Assembly (NCBI GenBank): GCA_031423775.1
Contig: JANPGF010000057.1
Location: forward strand, 1-61,891
Source: Candidatus Kaiserbacteria bacterium
GTDB lineage: Bacteria > Patescibacteriota > Minisyncoccia > Phycocordibacterales > UBA918
Direction of reading: 5' to 3'
Length of the DNA stretch: 61,891 bases
Positions within the stretch are counted from its first letter, which is position 1, and every line of letters starts with the position of its first letter. Below the pieces are notes generated by a model. The model did no database searches. It saw only the letters and a list, made by a program, of their open reading frames with translations, and was not told the DNA's origin. Below, in pieces: positions 52,207 through 60,167 of this stretch. The translations under genes and the position numbers were made by a program.

Positions 52207-54723
52207 ATGTCATTTTTAGATAGATTTTTTGGTCCAAGTTACGAGAAGGAACTTGCAGCGCTCAAACCTCTGGTTACAGCGATTAATGCTAAAGAAGAAG
52301 AACTAGCCGCCCTTTCAAATGAGGATTTGGTTCAGCGTACCCGAGCATTGCAAACTGCAGTACAGTCAGGAAGTTCGTATGATTCAGTGATTGCAGAAGC
52401 GTTTGCACTCGTGCGTGAATCAAGTAAACGCACACTGGGGCTTCGACCGTACGATGTGCAGTTGATTGGTGGGGCACTCCTCCACAGTGGCAAAATTACC
52501 GAGATGCGAACCGGTGAAGGAAAGACTCTGGTAGGGACATTTCCAGCTTATTTAAATGCGCTTAGCGGCAAGGGGGTACACGTGGTGACCGTGAACGATT
52601 ATCTTGCTCGTCGTGACGGAGTTTGGATGGGGCAAATTTATGCCGCTCTCGGATTGTCGGTTGGTATTATCAATAGTAGCGGTTCCTATCTCTATGACCC
52701 AAATCATCAAGACAAGGATGCTCTTCGTGATGAAGTTGGTTCATTTAAAGTGGTCTATGAATTTTTACGACCTTGTACTCGCAAGGAAGCATATGCAGCA
52801 GATATTACCTACGGTACGAATAGTGAGTATGGATTTGACTACCTTCGAGATAATATCGAATTCGAGGTAATGAATGTGCGCCAGCGTGGACATGCGTTTG
52901 CTATTGTTGACGAAATTGACTCGATTTTAATTGATGAAGCTCGTACACCGCTCATTATTTCTGCTCCTGCTGAAGACTCTGAAAATCTCTATGAACTGTT
53001 TGCCAACATTGCTCGTGGTCTTCGCGTAGAAGAGCATTATACTATTGACGAGAAGCTCAAGAGTGCCACTTTGACCGAGGCTGGTATTGAAGCGGCTGAA
53101 AAAATGCTTGGTATTGAAAACATTTATACTGATAAAGGAATCAAGTATGTACATCATCTTGAAACAGCAGTGCGAGCCAAAGCGCTGTATACCAATGATA
53201 AAGAATACGTTGTCCGTGACAACGAAGTGGTGATTGTAGATGAATTTACAGGCCGTCTCCAACCGGGCCGTCGCTGGTCAGATGGTCTCCATCAAGCGGT
53301 TGAAGCAAAAGAAGGGGTGCTCATTCAGCGTGAATCCCGCACCTATGCATCTATCACGTACCAGAACTATTTCCGTATGTACGATAAATTGGCGGGTATG
53401 ACCGGTACAGGGCTCACTTCACAAGAGGAGTTTTATACCGTGTATAAGCTCGAGGTGGTACCGGTACCAACCCATCGTTCAATTAATCGTGATGATCAGA
53501 ATGATCTTATTTTCCAAAATGAACCGGGTAAGTTCACAGCGATTATTAATCGAGTAAAAGAAATCCACGAAACGGGCCAACCACTTCTGATTGGTACCGC
53601 GTCGATTGAATCGAATGAACGTTTGTCGCATGCTTTGGCTGCGGCTGGTGTACCTCATCAGATGCTGAACGCAAAAAATCACGAACAAGAAGGTGAGATT
53701 ATTGCGGCGGCTGGTAAAAAAGGTGCCGTGACGCTCGCGACAAACATGGCCGGTCGCGGGGTTGATATTAAGCTCGGTGGCCCGACCGCCACTCCGGCTG
53801 AATCGGATGAGGTGCGTGCACTTGGCGGATTGTTCGTGCTTGGTACTGAACGGCATGAAGCTCGTCGTATCGATAACCAGTTACGTGGTCGCGCAGGGCG
53901 CCAGGGTGACCCAGGAGCGACGCAATTCTTCGTTTCGATGGAAGACTCACTTATGCGCGTATTTGGTGGTGAGCGGGTTAAAAATTTAATGGGTACCTTT
54001 GGAATCCCTCCTGATCAGCCAATTGAAATGAAACTCATTTCTCGACAGCTCGAATCAGCCCAGACACGTATCGAAGGTTTCCATTTTGACGCCCGTAAGC
54101 AAGTTCTTGCGTATGATGATGTGCTCAATCAGCAGCGAGTAGCGGTGTATGCGAGGCGAAATCGTCTTCTCACCGGAGATACAACTGAGGTAGCAAAGGT
54201 GCTCAGTGAAGTTCGTGCATCACATGACACTATTGGCGAAGCTATTGATGCAAAAATTGCCGAATTTGGCGAAGAGGTGTTTATGTCATTGTTTCAACGG
54301 CTGGCACTGCAGATGTTCGACTCACTTTGGGTTGAACACCTCGAGGTTATGAATTATACCCGATCGAGTGTGAACTTGCGTGCCTACGGTCAACGTGACC
54401 CTCTTGTGGAGTATCGTTCTGAAGGCACTCGTCTTTTTACTGAGATGCAAGCTGCAGTGTTACAGCGAATCTGCGACATTATCCCACGTCTCCAGCCAGC
54501 GATAGTTGAGCGCGAAGAGGCGGTTCAGCAGAAGCAAGCCGAGGCTGCACTCGAAAGTAGTCTGCAGTCATCAGAACCAAAAGGGAAGGCCGAGCCACGT
54601 GTATCAGCTGATACGCCTAATCGAAATGATATAGTGACAATCTACAGTGGCGAGAATGAACAGCAGATGAAGTACAAAAAAGCCGTACCTTTCTTGGAGA
54701 ATGGTTGGAAGATAAAATCATAG
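52207..54723 (+). CDS. secA: Preprotein translocase ATPase SecA
   Basis: GKITEMRTGEGKTLV, VTVNDYLARRD, AIVDEIDSILIDEARTPLIIS and TNMAGRGVDIKLGG. Confidence 0.97.
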   Translation: MSFLDRFFGPSYEKELAALKPLVTAINAKEEELAALSNEDLVQRTRALQTAVQSGSSYDSVIAEAFALVRESSKRTLGLRPYDVQLIGGALLHSGKITEMRTGEGKTLVGTFPAYLNALSGKGVHVVTVNDYLARRDGVWMGQIYAALGLSVGIINSSGSYLYDPNHQDKDALRDEVGSFKVVYEFLRPCTRKEAYAADITYGTNSEYGFDYLRDNIEFEVMNVRQRGHAFAIVDEIDSILIDEARTPLIISAPAEDSENLYELFANIARGLRVEEHYTIDEKLKSATLTEAGIEAAEKMLGIENIYTDKGIKYVHHLETAVRAKALYTNDKEYVVRDNEVVIVDEFTGRLQPGRRWSDGLHQAVEAKEGVLIQRESRTYASITYQNYFRMYDKLAGMTGTGLTSQEEFYTVYKLEVVPVPTHRSINRDDQNDLIFQNEPGKFTAIINRVKEIHETGQPLLIGTASIESNERLSHALAAAGVPHQMLNAKNHEQEGEIIAAAGKKGAVTLATNMAGRGVDIKLGGPTATPAESDEVRALGGLFVLGTERHEARRIDNQLRGRAGRQGDPGATQFFVSMEDSLMRVFGGERVKNLMGTFGIPPDQPIEMKLISRQLESAQTRIEGFHFDARKQVLAYDDVLNQQRVAVYARRNRLLTGDTTEVAKVLSEVRASHDTIGEAIDAKIAEFGEEVFMSLFQRLALQMFDSLWVEHLEVMNYTRSSVNLRAYGQRDPLVEYRSEGTRLFTEMQAAVLQRICDIIPRLQPAIVEREEAVQQKQAEAALESSLQSSEPKGKAEPRVSADTPNRNDIVTIYSGENEQQMKYKKAVPFLENGWKIKS

Positions 54724-54743
54724 TGCGACAACAGTCGCATGGT

Positions 54744-54773
54744 ACACAAAAGCCCCGCGAGGGGTTTTTGTGT
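54744..54773 (+). terminator. Rho-independent terminator
   Basis: ACACAAAAGCCCC-GCGA-GGGGTTTTTGTGT. Confidence 0.8.
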
Positions 54774-54798
54774 ACGCAGTATGGTAAAATGATACACT

Positions 54799-55131
54799 AT
54801 GAAATTACTTACGAGAGTCGTGGTGGCCGCTTTTGCATTATTGCTCGTTGCCCATTTTATTCCGGGTATTACGATAACGGGTCTGCTTCCTGCACTGCTG
54901 GCTGCAGTTGTTCTTGGGCTTTTGAATGCCCTGGTGCGTCCGATTCTTGTAATTCTCACTCTACCAATTAGTATTCTGACGCTTGGGCTTTTTATCGTTG
55001 TGATAAATGCGGCTCTATTTCAGCTCGCATCAATCTTTGTGGTCGGTTTTTCGGTTGATTCATTTTTAACAGCAGTTATTGGCTCAATCCTCGTGAGTAT
55101 TGTGAGTTCAATTGTGAACCGGATTGTGTAA
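54799..55131 (+). CDS. Phage_holin_4_2 (DUF360/YvlD)-family 4-TM membrane protein
   Basis: LLLVAHFIPGITITGLLPALLAAVVLGLLNALVRPILVILTLPISILTLGLFIVVINAALF is a near-consensus for this family. Confidence 0.8.
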   Translation: MKLLTRVVVAAFALLLVAHFIPGITITGLLPALLAAVVLGLLNALVRPILVILTLPISILTLGLFIVVINAALFQLASIFVVGFSVDSFLTAVIGSILVSIVSSIVNRIV

Positions 55132-55190
55132 TCATAAGGTTGGTAGTGTACTGTGACAGGTGCGAGAGGGGACGGAAGTATGGATATGTT

Positions 55191-55221
55191 GCACCATTGT
55201 CAGCAGACGATGGTGTTTTTT
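55191..55221 (+). terminator. Rho-independent terminator
   Basis: CACCAT / ATGGTG stem followed by T6. Confidence 0.55.
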
Positions 55222-55271
55222 GTGTGTAGGAGAGTAACTCCGCAAGTTCTTTGATTTTAAACATAATTTGT

Positions 55272-55360
55272 AATAGTCGCTATAGCGAGTTGATAAACGG
55301 AGTATCAGGTTTACAACTGCGCGGATAAACTGCCCTAGGACAAGGGGCAGTTTACTTACA
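55272..55360 (+). repeat. Intergenic hairpin repeat unit, copy c (subtype 2)
   Basis: AATAGTCGCTA..GTATCAGGTTTACAACTGCGCGGA-[TAAACTGCCC 55326-55335 / TAGGACAAG / GGGCAGTTTA 55345-55354]. Confidence 0.8.
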
Positions 55361-55468
55361 TCACCACCAGAGTATTTCCGTTTTTATAGTCGCAGGCTCC
55401 TTAAAAACTAGGTCTACCACCAGGGCATTTCCTTTTTTATAGTCGTTCCACTCCTTAAAAACTAGGTC
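55361..55468 (+). repeat. 54-bp tandem repeat, about 2 copies (same family as 5068-5210)
   Basis: TCCTTAAAAACTAGGTC starts at 55398 and 55452, preceded by a partial unit ..CCAGAGTATTTCCGTTTTTATAGTCG. Confidence 0.85.
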
Positions 55469-55598
55469 AAATTCGAAATAGTCGCTACGGGAAATGGTGC
55501 TTGGGTATCAGATTTACAACTGCGTCGATAAATTGCGCTAGGCCAGGGCTCAATTTACGACATAAATTCGAAATAGTCGCTACGCTCGTTTTCTCATT
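55468..55598 (+). repeat. Intergenic hairpin repeat unit, copy d (subtype 1), flanked by AAATTCGAAATAGTCGCTACG direct repeats
   Basis: [TAAATTGCGC 55529-55538 / TAGGCCAGG / GCTCAATTTA 55548-55557, one mismatch]. The flanking 21-mers lie at 55469-55489 and 55565-55585. Confidence 0.8.
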
Positions 55599-55639
55599 TA
55601 GTTTTACTTTAAAAGGGTTCTGTGGTATTACATTAGGTC

Positions 55640-56608
55640 ATGTTTGTTGATCAAATACTTATAACAGCCAAAGCCGGCAATGGTGGAGAGGGGGTGGAGC
55701 GATGGCGTCATGAAAAATTCGTACCAAATGCTGGTCCTTCGGGCGGTAATGGTGGGAATGGTGGTGATATATACGTACAAGCAGTACGTGATTTAGGGTT
55801 GCTCGCAAAATACACCGGCAGTCCAGAATTCGAAGCTGAACCAGGTGAACCTGGGCATAATGACAGTAAACACGGGAAAGGTGGGGTTGACCTAACAATT
55901 TTTGTACCCGTTGGATCGGTGGTTACTGATACAGAACGCGGACGCACCTACGAGTTTTTTACTGAAGGTGTCCGCGAGCGGGTGTTAAAGGGTGGTCAAG
56001 GAGGGTTTGGAAACGAGCACTTCAAGTCTTCAACGAACCGTACCCCAAAGGAAACAACCAAAGGTAAACCTGGTGAGGTAAGTACTCTCAAGATTGAACT
56101 CACTCTCGTGGTTGATGTAGGGCTCATTGGTATGCCCAACGCGGGTAAATCGACTCTCCTCAATGCCTTTACCAATGCACGTAGTCGAGTTGGAGCATAT
56201 CCGTTTACGACCCTCCAGCCGCATCTCGGCGACCTCTTCGGTTTTGTGATAGCTGACATCCCTGGACTCATAGAAGGGGCAGCCGAAGGGAAGGGGCTCG
56301 GACATACGTTCCTCCGTCATGTCACTCGAACTAAAATGTTGCTCCATTTGGTCTCACTTGAGCATGAAGACCCAATAGCTGCGTATTACACCATTCAGAA
56401 TGAACTATCTTCATATCATAAGAGTCTAGTAGAGAAAGAGGAGTGGGTAATTTTTACTAAAAAAGACGTTGCAAATCAAGCTCAATTAGACACAGTGCAA
56501 GACTTTATTGACAAGACCAAGAAACGTGTCTTTGTTATATCTGCAGAAAGTGGAGAAAACATGAAAATGCTTCAAGATTCCCTTGTGCAGTACTTACGAA
56601 ACGCGTAA
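55640..56608 (+). CDS. obg: GTPase Obg/CgtA (short form without C-terminal extension)
   Basis: MFVDQILITAKAGNGGEG...GPSGGNGGNGGDIY glycine-rich Obg fold. G1 is GMPNAGKST and G3 is DIPGLIEGA. Confidence 0.95.
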   Translation: MFVDQILITAKAGNGGEGVERWRHEKFVPNAGPSGGNGGNGGDIYVQAVRDLGLLAKYTGSPEFEAEPGEPGHNDSKHGKGGVDLTIFVPVGSVVTDTERGRTYEFFTEGVRERVLKGGQGGFGNEHFKSSTNRTPKETTKGKPGEVSTLKIELTLVVDVGLIGMPNAGKSTLLNAFTNARSRVGAYPFTTLQPHLGDLFGFVIADIPGLIEGAAEGKGLGHTFLRHVTRTKMLLHLVSLEHEDPIAAYYTIQNELSSYHKSLVEKEEWVIFTKKDVANQAQLDTVQDFIDKTKKRVFVISAESGENMKMLQDSLVQYLRNA

Positions 56609-56650
56609 GATTCTAACATCTGCAGCAACAGTTATGAGTGGCGAGAGGGG

Positions 56651-56688
56651 TGGACCTGTTCCGTGAAACGGGCAGGTCCATTTCTTTT
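56651..56688 (+). terminator. Rho-independent terminator
   Basis: TGGACCTG...CAGGTCCA stem followed by TTTCTTTT. Confidence 0.7.
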
Positions 56689-56804
56689 CAGAAGGGGTTC
56701 GGTGTACCAGAGTGGGTTCGGTAGCGCTCGCTAAAAAATGTAAAGAGGTGTTACTATACTATACAAGGATAAAGATTTAGGAACCAAGTAATTTTAGAAA
56801 ATGT

Positions 56805-58214
56805 ATGTACACGACGACAATTGGGCTGGAAGTCCACGCTGAATTAAAAACCAAGAGCAAAATGTTTTGTGGTTGTCCGAATGAACCGCACGCGAGCGTT
56901 CCGAATACTAATATATGTCCGGTCTGTCTTGCGCATCCAGGAACACTTCCCGTCGCTAATGAGCAGGCAGTAAAAAATGTGATTACGTTTGGTACGGCAG
57001 TTGGTGGGGAAGTTGCAACATACTCAGAATTTGACCGCAAAAATTATTTTTACCCCGACATACCAAAGGCGTACCAAATTAGTCAGTATGCGTTTCCGTT
57101 CATAAAAGGCGGCGAACTAGCTGGTGTGCAACTAACCCGAGTGCATCTAGAAGAAGACACTGCTCGAAGTCAGCATGATAAAGGTGATCAAAGTTTGGTC
57201 GACTTCAATCGGGCTGGGGTACCGCTCATGGAGCTAGTTACCGAGCCAGTTATACATGACGCAAAGACAGCCGGAAACTTTGCCCGGGAATTGCAACTCA
57301 TGTTACGGTCACTTGGCATTTCGGACGCCAATATGGAAAAAGGCGAGATGAGAGTTGAAGCAAATATTTCTGTGAGTGCAACGAGCGAACTCGGAACAAA
57401 GGTTGAGGTAAAGAATCTCAACTCCTTCCGATCTGTTGAGGCGGCTATAGAGTATGAAGTAAAGCGGCAAATTTCTGTTATTGAAAACGGACAAACCTTG
57501 ATCCAAGAGACTCGAGGGTGGGACGAGGTAAAAGGCCAAACCTTTAGTCAGCGATCAAAAGAGACTGCAAAAGACTACCGATATTTTCCAGACCCAGACC
57601 TACCAAAGCTACTTATTTCTGAATATCCCGAATTGCAGATATCTCGTACAAACGAGATATTCAATAAAATCCCAGCTAAATTGAGAGAGTTGTACTCGGG
57701 AATGGGGATTAGTGAACCAACTATTGAAATTATTTTGCAGAGTCAATTCTTAAGCCAATATTTTTCTGACGTCATTTCTACCGGCATTCTCTGTGATACA
57801 GCAGCGGTTGTTGTGGCGGCAAATTATCTCCTGACTGATCTCTCACCCCTTGTAGCTATACAGGCTCCTGGTGACGTACTACTCTCACCTAGGCATTTTG
57901 CAGAGCTCGTACAGGCTGTCTTTACAAAGAAGATGACATCCAGAGTCGCTAAAGACGTTATTATTGCTCTTGCACTCCACGATGCAGATCCTATAGCTTA
58001 CGCAACGGAGCATAATTTGATTGTGAGTATTTCTGCTGCTGATTTAGCGGTTATTGTTGCGCGTATCATTAGCGAAAACCAAACTGTGGTAGCAGAGTAT
58101 AAGGCAGGTAAGACAGCCGCGTTACAGTTCCTCCTTGGTCAGGCGATGAAACAAACAAAAGGAGCAGTAGATCCAAAGGTGATCACAAATCAACTAGTAG
58201 AGACAATCGGTTAG
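56805..58214 (+). CDS. gatB: Asp/Glu-tRNA(Asn/Gln) amidotransferase subunit B
   Basis: TTIGLEVHAELKTKSKMFCGCPNE, NTNICPVCLAHPGTLPV and RVHLEEDTA. Confidence 0.95.
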   Translation: MYTTTIGLEVHAELKTKSKMFCGCPNEPHASVPNTNICPVCLAHPGTLPVANEQAVKNVITFGTAVGGEVATYSEFDRKNYFYPDIPKAYQISQYAFPFIKGGELAGVQLTRVHLEEDTARSQHDKGDQSLVDFNRAGVPLMELVTEPVIHDAKTAGNFARELQLMLRSLGISDANMEKGEMRVEANISVSATSELGTKVEVKNLNSFRSVEAAIEYEVKRQISVIENGQTLIQETRGWDEVKGQTFSQRSKETAKDYRYFPDPDLPKLLISEYPELQISRTNEIFNKIPAKLRELYSGMGISEPTIEIILQSQFLSQYFSDVISTGILCDTAAVVVAANYLLTDLSPLVAIQAPGDVLLSPRHFAELVQAVFTKKMTSRVAKDVIIALALHDADPIAYATEHNLIVSISAADLAVIVARIISENQTVVAEYKAGKTAALQFLLGQAMKQTKGAVDPKVITNQLVETIG

Positions 58215-58242
58215 GCGAGATAGTATTGTTTATAAACAGATT

Positions 58243-58271
58243 AACCAGCTTTTGTGGTAGCTGGTTTTTTT
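58243..58271 (+). terminator. Rho-independent terminator
   Basis: AACCAGCT / AGCTGGTT stem followed by T7. Confidence 0.8.
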
Positions 58272-58296
58272 GTACCTGGTATACTAACAGAAAGAT

Positions 58297-59349
58297 ATGG
58301 ATACTATAACTCACAATGGATTAGTGTTTGTAAAAGCTAGTGTACTCGCCAAGAGACATCGCTATACGACTGACTATATCGGTCAGTTGTGCAGACAGAA
58401 CAAGGTTGAAGCCCAGCTAGTTGGGCGAGCCTGGTATGTGAATGAAAACTCTCTCCTTAACCATAAAATTGATCACAAAAAAAATACTCGTTCAAACGAG
58501 ATAATTAGTAAAAATAGTACTGAAATGGATGTTCAGCAGGCTGAACAGGGCACACGTGTTGCAGTTCATTCCGTTACTTCTAAAAAAACGTTTCGACAGT
58601 TTTTTGCAACTGAATTGCCGGCGCCGATTAATCATCATTGGCAAAATCGTGCTGTTTCCTACGTTGATGATGCAGCTACTCTTGTACCTCAGGTTACGAA
58701 TAAGATCCGTCAGTCGTTAGTAGAAGTACCTTCTGAAATTTCTAAACCAGCTGTAGTTCACGTTGCACTAGCTGAATCACAGAATCTCCCAGTCCAGATA
58801 GTGTCAGAGTCAAACAAACATCTAACCTTTACAGATTTACCTGAAGTAACACTTTCAGGCGATTTACCTATAGAAAATATGGATACTGAGTCTGATTTTA
58901 CAGATCCAGAACCAGTTATGGAGTCCGATTTTGACACGGAACCCGAAGCGGAGCCTATTTCGGAGCAGAAAGTGCGTCCTGGCATAACCTTGCGTTACGA
59001 CCGTTCAGTTGCCCGAAACCTCGCCCCTGCGCCTGCTTTTAAGGAACATGTTGCCACTAGAACTCGTGAACATACAACCATCATCGCAAAACCCGCAACG
59101 CAGTCTATTTCCGGTCCGACAAAGATGGTGGCTCTGCCTACTCTAGCTACGCCTGTGGTAGCTACTCGTGCCCGTTCACGCTCGGTGCTTTTGTTGCCGG
59201 TTGCTGTGTTAGTTGCTGTTGCTGTGGCAACTTTTTTGATGGCTGGTTCGAGTACACTTCGGACCGATGGTTCGACTGCTCGCGAGTCGTTTTCTTTCCG
59301 TTTCTCCACTCTTACCGGTGCTTTGATTTTCTTCTCACAGAAGCCGTAA
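58297..59349 (+). CDS. Membrane-anchored protein with N-terminal excisionase/MerR-like HTH-like domain
   Basis: The N-terminus ...VLAKRHRYTTDYIGQLCRQNKVEAQLVGRAWYVNENSL follows the HTH_17 pattern (G-R-x-W-Y-V). An acidic linker follows, then a C-terminal TM SVLLLPVAVLVAVAVATFLMAG. Confidence 0.5.
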   Translation: MDTITHNGLVFVKASVLAKRHRYTTDYIGQLCRQNKVEAQLVGRAWYVNENSLLNHKIDHKKNTRSNEIISKNSTEMDVQQAEQGTRVAVHSVTSKKTFRQFFATELPAPINHHWQNRAVSYVDDAATLVPQVTNKIRQSLVEVPSEISKPAVVHVALAESQNLPVQIVSESNKHLTFTDLPEVTLSGDLPIENMDTESDFTDPEPVMESDFDTEPEAEPISEQKVRPGITLRYDRSVARNLAPAPAFKEHVATRTREHTTIIAKPATQSISGPTKMVALPTLATPVVATRARSRSVLLLPVAVLVAVAVATFLMAGSSTLRTDGSTARESFSFRFSTLTGALIFFSQKP

Positions 59350-59417
59350 AGTTATACACACTTTTCATACGAGAAATAACCGAAATACGTATAAAATAAT
59401 AGGTATACCTGTTATTT

Positions 59418-60161
59418 ATGTCTGCGCCAGTTCGACTCGGAAAAGCTCAACTAATATCTGTCAAAGAGGCGGCTGAATTTGTACCATACTCACGTGACTA
59501 TGTTGCTCGTCTTGCTCGTGAAGGAAAGGTGATTGCTGTCCAAATTGATCGTCAGTGGTACGTTGAAGTAATTTCACTGCAAAACTTTTTTGCCCATGCA
59601 TCAATCGAAGAGTCAGTGCGTAAACGACATCTCAGTCTCAAACGAAAACATGATCTTGAAGTGAAGGAGGTGTATCAAAGTCAGTTGTCTGCAATCGCTG
59701 TAAAGCATCGTCGCGTTACTCGTTCGGCTTTTTTGCAGACATGTTTTATTTTACTCTGTGGTTTTAGTGCTGGGCTATCTTTTATCGCAGCGAATGAATG
59801 GGGTGACGCAGCACACGTACAGTCACTTGCGCAGTTTTTCTTGTTGGCTCCGGCAGCACAAACAGCGAGTGTTGCTGGTAGTGCAGCATATCCGTTCACG
59901 ACGCTCCAGGCTGTTGATACTCATGTGAGTGTGACTGATGAAGCTCTCGATATGAGTCGAGGTATCGTAGTGTTGCCACAACACGCAACCAGTAGTGATG
60001 CGGTCGAGGATTTCTTCTCTGATCCAGTAACGGTGAATATGATCAGTACTACTACTGGAGAAATCAGGAATACGGTGAGTAACGAATCAGTCCCATTTGT
60101 AAAAATCCCAGACCATACGGTCGTAGTGCCAGAAGTTACCGGTAACGTCGGTACGCCATAA
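59418..60161 (+). CDS. Paralogous membrane-anchored HTH-like protein
   Basis: ISVKEAAEFVPYSRDYVARLAREGKVIAVQIDRQWYVEVISL aligns with the N-terminus of 58297-59349. TM is AFLQTCFILLCGFSAGLSFIAA. Confidence 0.5.
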   Translation: MSAPVRLGKAQLISVKEAAEFVPYSRDYVARLAREGKVIAVQIDRQWYVEVISLQNFFAHASIEESVRKRHLSLKRKHDLEVKEVYQSQLSAIAVKHRRVTRSAFLQTCFILLCGFSAGLSFIAANEWGDAAHVQSLAQFFLLAPAAQTASVAGSAAYPFTTLQAVDTHVSVTDEALDMSRGIVVLPQHATSSDAVEDFFSDPVTVNMISTTTGEIRNTVSNESVPFVKIPDHTVVVPEVTGNVGTP

Positions 60162-60167
60162 ACTGAT

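Noticed and set aside
54799-55131. A holin-family gene as evidence of a prophage or lysis cassette.
   Set aside because: PF04020/YvlD-type proteins are widespread chromosomal membrane proteins. There is no endolysin, terminase, capsid or integrase gene nearby, and the flanking genes are secA and obg.
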